Below are positions 60,090-64,000 of a stretch of 64,000 nucleotides of DNA, one piece after another. Made by a program: the position numbers and the translations under genes. The notes under the pieces were generated by a model that worked only from the letters and a program-made list of their open reading frames with translations, did no database searches and was not told where the DNA came from. Numbering within the stretch: position 1 is the first letter of the stretch; the number at the start of each line of letters is the position of its first letter. The stretch covers positions 28,623 to 92,622 of the forward strand of contig JAUYKI010000015.1 of NCBI GenBank assembly GCA_030700025.1, given 5' to 3'. This DNA comes from a bacterium (GTDB lineage: Bacteria; Patescibacteriota; Minisyncoccia; UBA6257; 02-FULL-45-10c).

Positions 60090-60467
60090 CTATTTTTTAA
60101 ATAAAAGCAAAATTTCCTTCCCACTAATCGGTTTGGCGTTTTTCCCAACCACCTTCAGCCCGTTAAAATTTTTCGGATTATGGGAAGCCGTAACCATAAT
60201 CCCTCCGCTCGCCTTCAGCTTATTCACCAAAAAATAAAACATGGGGGTTGTTGTCATTCTAACGTTCTTAAGAACGTTAGAATGTTGCAAGCCCTTTAAA
60301 ACCGCCTTATAAAGCGCCGGCGAACTCAAACGCGCGTCATGGGCAACAACTATCCTCTTTCCTAAAAGCTTAGGTAACTTTATCGCTATCGCGGAAACCA
60401 CCCTTTCATTTATCTCTCTCGGGTATTGCCCCCTGATATCATAGGCTTTAAAAATTTTCTCATTCAT
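60090..60467 (-). CDS. phosphomannomutase/phosphoglucomutase, domain I
   Basis: IFKAYDIRG, HDARLSS, TTPMFYF, catalytic TASHNP, NGLK. Confidence 0.85.
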   Translation of the reverse strand: MNEKIFKAYDIRGQYPREINERVVSAIAIKLPKLLGKRIVVAHDARLSSPALYKAVLKGLQHSNVLKNVRMTTTPMFYFLVNKLKASGGIMVTASHNPKNFNGLKVVGKNAKPISGKEILLLFKK

Positions 60468-60508
60468 TACTTCCATTATATAATAGATATATCAAGAAAA
60501 GGTATTTC

Positions 60509-62668
60509 ATGGCCAAATTAATCAAAAAAATTAAAACTAAAACCGGGCTGGGAGAAAAGCTCCGCCGCCTGCGTTCCCAAATCCATCCGGAAACCGAACA
60601 AAGCGTTCTGGGAATTATTTTTATCGGCGTGGCAACAATTTTAATTCTGGCGAATTTCCATAAAGCCGGGCCGGCCGGAGAATTAACCTACAAAATCCTG
60701 TCCCAGCTTTTCGGACTGGGCTATTACCTCTTCCCAACCATCTTCTTAGTGATGGCGGGAACATTCTTGTCCGGCCAGGAAAAAAAGGAGCGCGCCATGA
60801 CAGTTACTTTTCTAAGCGCGGTTTTCTTTGTGGCGGCCGGACTGGGACTGATTGATATTATTTTCCCGGACAAAGGCGGAATGGTGGGGCGCTGGATCGG
60901 CACTCTGGAAATTCCGTTCGGCTATACCGCCGCTATTATTGTGGATGCCACAATTCTTTTGGCGGCCCTAATTCTGACTGCCAATGTTCCGCTGAAAATC
61001 CGGCGCTTGCTGAAAGAAGAAAAGAAGCCGGAAGCGCCGCTGGTGGTTAAAAATGCCGACAGCTTTACCGCGCCTGCCGCCGCTTCAAAAGCTGAAGAAT
61101 CAAAACAAGTTCCGGAAAAAGAAACAAATGCTGCTCCGACGCTCGCTGAAAGCGAGGCCGGAGGCCCGAATACCGCGTATGTCGGGCAAAATCCAAAGGC
61201 CTTTTTCGTACCGAGAAAAAAAGCTTCCGGCGCTTTGCCGATAAGCAAAAATTATACGCCTCCGCCAACCTCTTTACTGAAGTCCAGCATTGAAAAGCCG
61301 ACTTCGGGCGACTTGCGCGCCAACGCCAATATTATAAAAAGGACTTTGGAAAGTTTCGGCATTCCGGTAGAAATGGGCGAAATAACCATCGGCCCGAAAG
61401 TTACCCGCTATACTTTGAAGCCGGCGGAGGGAATTAAATTGACGCGCATTATTGCTTTAAACCAGGATTTATCTTTGGCGCTGGCCGCCCATCCCATCCG
61501 CATTGAAGCGCCGATTCCCGGAAAATCTTTAGTGGGAATTGAAGTGCCGAACAAATCCGCGGCCATTGTCCGCTTAGGCAGTTTGATGGCCTTTCCGGAA
61601 TTTACCGGTTCCGGTCCGCTGGGATTTATTTTAGGGCGCGATGTCAGCGGCGATCCGATTATCGCGGACATTGAGAAAATGCCGCATCTTTTAATCGCCG
61701 GTTCCACCGGCAGCGGAAAATCAGTCGCCATCCATTCTTTAATTATTTCTTTGCTGTATAAAAATTCTCCGGAAACTCTGCGGATGATTTTAATTGATCC
61801 AAAACGGGTAGAGCTGACAATTTATAATGATATTCCCCACTTGATTGCGCCGGTAATTACCGAGGGCAAAAAAGCTTTGGGAGTTTTCCGCTGGGCAATT
61901 GAAGAAATGGAAAAACGCTATGAAAAACTGCAGGGCGCCGGCGCCCGCGACATCCGCAGTTACAATAAAACCAATCCGAAAGATACCCTGCCTTACTTAG
62001 TGATTGTCGTGGATGAATTAGCCGACTTGATGGCGGCTTACGGCCGGGACATTGAAAGCTCCATCGTCCGCCTGGCGCAAATGGCCCGCGCCACCGGCAT
62101 TCACTTGGTGCTCTCCACCCAACGGCCATCCGTGGAAGTCATTACCGGCCTGATTAAAGCCAACATCACCGCCAGAATGGCGCTTCAAGTGGCAAGCCAG
62201 GTTGATTCCCGCACCATTTTAGACATGGCCGGAGCGGAAAAACTTTTAGGCGGAGGCGATATGCTTTTTACTTCATCGGATCTTTCCAAACCAAAACGCA
62301 TTCAGGGGGCTTATATCAGCGAAGAAGAAATGCACGCCGTGGCTGATTTTATCCGCGATCACAATCCCTCACTCTTGGAAGACCAAGAGCCAACGGCTCT
62401 TGAGAAATCTTTAAATCAGTCTTCCAAAAGTGAGGGATTAGATTTTGATAATTACGCCCAGGTCGATGACGACGAACTTTATGACGAAGCCGTGCAAATA
62501 GTCCGGGAGGCGCAAAAAGCTTCGGCTTCTTTATTGCAAAGGCGTCTGGCTGTCGGCTACGCGCGAGCCGCCCGCCTGCTGGATATAATGGAGGAGCGCG
62601 GAGTAGTCGGCCCGGGCGACGGCGCCAAGCCCCGGGAAGTTTATTTGGACCGCGGCGAACAAAATTAA
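60509..62668 (+). CDS. ftsK: DNA translocase FtsK/SpoIIIE
   Basis: N-terminal TMs, RIEAPIPGK, PHLLIAGSTGSGKS, VVDELADLM, TQRPSV, gamma domain SLLQRRL.VGYARAAR. Confidence 0.95.
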   Translation: MAKLIKKIKTKTGLGEKLRRLRSQIHPETEQSVLGIIFIGVATILILANFHKAGPAGELTYKILSQLFGLGYYLFPTIFLVMAGTFLSGQEKKERAMTVTFLSAVFFVAAGLGLIDIIFPDKGGMVGRWIGTLEIPFGYTAAIIVDATILLAALILTANVPLKIRRLLKEEKKPEAPLVVKNADSFTAPAAASKAEESKQVPEKETNAAPTLAESEAGGPNTAYVGQNPKAFFVPRKKASGALPISKNYTPPPTSLLKSSIEKPTSGDLRANANIIKRTLESFGIPVEMGEITIGPKVTRYTLKPAEGIKLTRIIALNQDLSLALAAHPIRIEAPIPGKSLVGIEVPNKSAAIVRLGSLMAFPEFTGSGPLGFILGRDVSGDPIIADIEKMPHLLIAGSTGSGKSVAIHSLIISLLYKNSPETLRMILIDPKRVELTIYNDIPHLIAPVITEGKKALGVFRWAIEEMEKRYEKLQGAGARDIRSYNKTNPKDTLPYLVIVVDELADLMAAYGRDIESSIVRLAQMARATGIHLVLSTQRPSVEVITGLIKANITARMALQVASQVDSRTILDMAGAEKLLGGGDMLFTSSDLSKPKRIQGAYISEEEMHAVADFIRDHNPSLLEDQEPTALEKSLNQSSKSEGLDFDNYAQVDDDELYDEAVQIVREAQKASASLLQRRLAVGYARAARLLDIMEERGVVGPGDGAKPREVYLDRGEQN

Positions 62669-62691
62669 AAACCGTCCCAGGGACGGTTTTT
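62667..62691. terminator. bidirectional intrinsic terminator
   Basis: aaaaaccgtcc-cag-ggacggttttt between convergent genes. Confidence 0.75.
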
Positions 62692-62701
62692 TACTTTTCA
62701 A

Positions 62702-63328
62702 TTAGTGCAGGCCGGTACCGCCTCTTACTTTAGCGCCGCCAGTTTCACAATAATCTTCAATAATAACGCAGGAGCTGTCAAAATCATCCAGATTTACTTC
62801 CGAACCGTATTGCTTAACTAATTTATTCAAAATATCTTTCGTCACCGCTCTTCCGTCGGCCAAAAGCCGGTCCAACACCTCAATTCGGCACAGCATTTCA
62901 TTCTTGTATCCGCTAAAATCCGGGTTGTCCAGGCGGTGGCGGTACTCCTCACGCTTGCGCGTTAATCTCTGTTTCCGCTCTTCGTCTTTGGGCAAAACAA
63001 TGACTGCCGGCCGAACGGAAAAGCCGTACTGCTTTTTTTCTTCCGGCGTTAACTGCCGGGTGGTGTGCTTCGGAAACCGGACGTACATAAATCCCATGCC
63101 CGATGACCAATTGCCAACCCAGTTTTCCCCATCCTCGCCAAATACCAAACACAAATCCGGATCCTTCCGGCTGATATCACCCATCTTATGCATCGCCCTG
63201 GTAGCCATCATGTTACGTTTCGATATGTGGCGGAAGTCCTCTAGTTCGGGCATTGTGGCTCCTTTTTCAAAGAATCTCGCGTTTTTCCAACGCGCTAATA
63301 ATTTAAACCAATAAATGAAATATGTCAA
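62702..63328 (-). CDS. hypothetical protein (true start probably internal, near 63253)
   Basis: Longest ORF in the interval, ending at the terminator; no recognised motif. Confidence 0.5.
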   Translation of the reverse strand: MTYFIYWFKLLARWKNARFFEKGATMPELEDFRHISKRNMMATRAMHKMGDISRKDPDLCLVFGEDGENWVGNWSSGMGFMYVRFPKHTTRQLTPEEKKQYGFSVRPAVIVLPKDEERKQRLTRKREEYRHRLDNPDFSGYKNEMLCRIEVLDRLLADGRAVTKDILNKLVKQYGSEVNLDDFDSSCVIIEDYCETGGAKVRGGTGLH

Positions 63329-63378
63329 TCCATTGATTGTTGAAGTAAAATTTATTATCCTTAATTCATTATTCTCGT

Positions 63379-64000
63379 ATGGAACCGCAAAAAGATTTTA
63401 AAACTTTAATCAACGAAGCGCTGGAGTTAAAAAATATAACTTGGACGCGGCTTTCCCAATTAACCGGCATTCCCGACCGCTACCTTACGGCGTTTCAAAA
63501 TTTAAATATCGGGCAATTGCCGGCCGCTCCCTATGTCCGCGGTTATCTGCAAAAAATCGCCCTGGTTCTGCATTTGAACGCCGAAGAGCTTTGGCAGCTC
63601 TACAAAAAAGAATTAACTCCAAAAACTTCCGGCGCTTTGGATAAATTGCCAGCTAACCGATTCGCTATCCAATCTCTAAATAAAAATATAGTAATTGTAG
63701 CGGTAATAATTGTATTGGGCTTGCTGTATATTCTGATCAACGCGAATAATATCTTCGGCGCCCCAGTATTGAAAATAATTTCTCCGGAAGCTTCCATTAT
63801 CTCCGTCACCGAACCAATAGTTAATTTAACCGGAAAATTCAATATCAAAGATAAATTAACTATTAACGGTGAAGAAACTCTGGGTAATGAAGGTGGCGAG
63901 TTTCAGGCGGATTTCCCCTTACAGCCCGGCTTAAATACGATAGAATTTAAAGTAAAGCGATTTTTAGGAAAAGAAACAGTAGTTCTACGGCAAGTATTAT
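63379..64000 (+). CDS. RodZ-like HTH-TM-Ig-like protein (runs off the window end; absent from the ORF track)
   Basis: Manual translation: MEPQKDFKTLINEALELKNITWTRLSQLTGIPDRYL...LPAAPYVRGYL..., a TM, then ...LQPGLNTIEF. Confidence 0.8.
   Translation, partial: MEPQKDFKTLINEALELKNITWTRLSQLTGIPDRYLTAFQNLNIGQLPAAPYVRGYLQKIALVLHLNAEELWQLYKKELTPKTSGALDKLPANRFAIQSLNKNIVIVAVIIVLGLLYILINANNIFGAPVLKIISPEASIISVTEPIVNLTGKFNIKDKLTINGEETLGNEGGEFQADFPLQPGLNTIEFKVKRFLGKETVVLRQVL

Noticed and set aside
63441-63848. Short ORFs 63441-63644 and 63600-63848
   Set aside because: They overlap the RodZ-like frame that starts at 63379 and runs off the window.
1-64000. CRISPR array, rRNA or tRNA genes
   Set aside because: No regularly spaced 25-45-bp repeats with unique spacers and no recognisable rRNA or tRNA were seen by eye. 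A tRNAscan/Infernal run would be needed to exclude them fully.
1-64000. Second VR (additional DGR target) within the window
   Set aside because: No other TR-like segment or similar C-terminal peptide was found among the ORFs. Remote targets elsewhere in the genome remain possible.

Overview
Gene-dense bacterial window that looks like a Candidate Phyla Radiation (Patescibacteria/Parcubacteria-like) chromosome. That assignment is inferred from gene content and style, not proven. About 0.3-42 kb is a very large surface-glycosylation cluster: 6 GT2, 8 GT4, 9 multi-TM GT-C-like transferases, gmd, NDP-sugar epimerases, dehydrogenase and methyltransferases. It ends at a ~1200-aa S-layer-like secreted protein. 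The right part holds clpB with a perfect CIRCE, a cysteine desulfurase, a split phosphomannomutase, ftsK and a rodZ-like gene. The standout is a complete diversity-generating retroelement at ~54.9-57.5 kb. It has a target gene with a 129-bp VR, a 129-bp TR whose 24 differences from the VR are all at TR adenines, a 3' hairpin, and an RT. Its Avd-like gene is inverted, fills the TR-RT spacer, and overlaps the RT start across a shared C10/G10 tract. Other notable signals: a GA-repeat frameshifted FkbM methyltransferase, two ~270-bp structured elements with conserved cores but unrelated terminal repeats, many in-frame 7-nt-period and REP-like micro-insertions in housekeeping genes, and a YunG-deaminase plus NDT-like gene pair. 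All alignments and counts were done by eye; no database searches were run.
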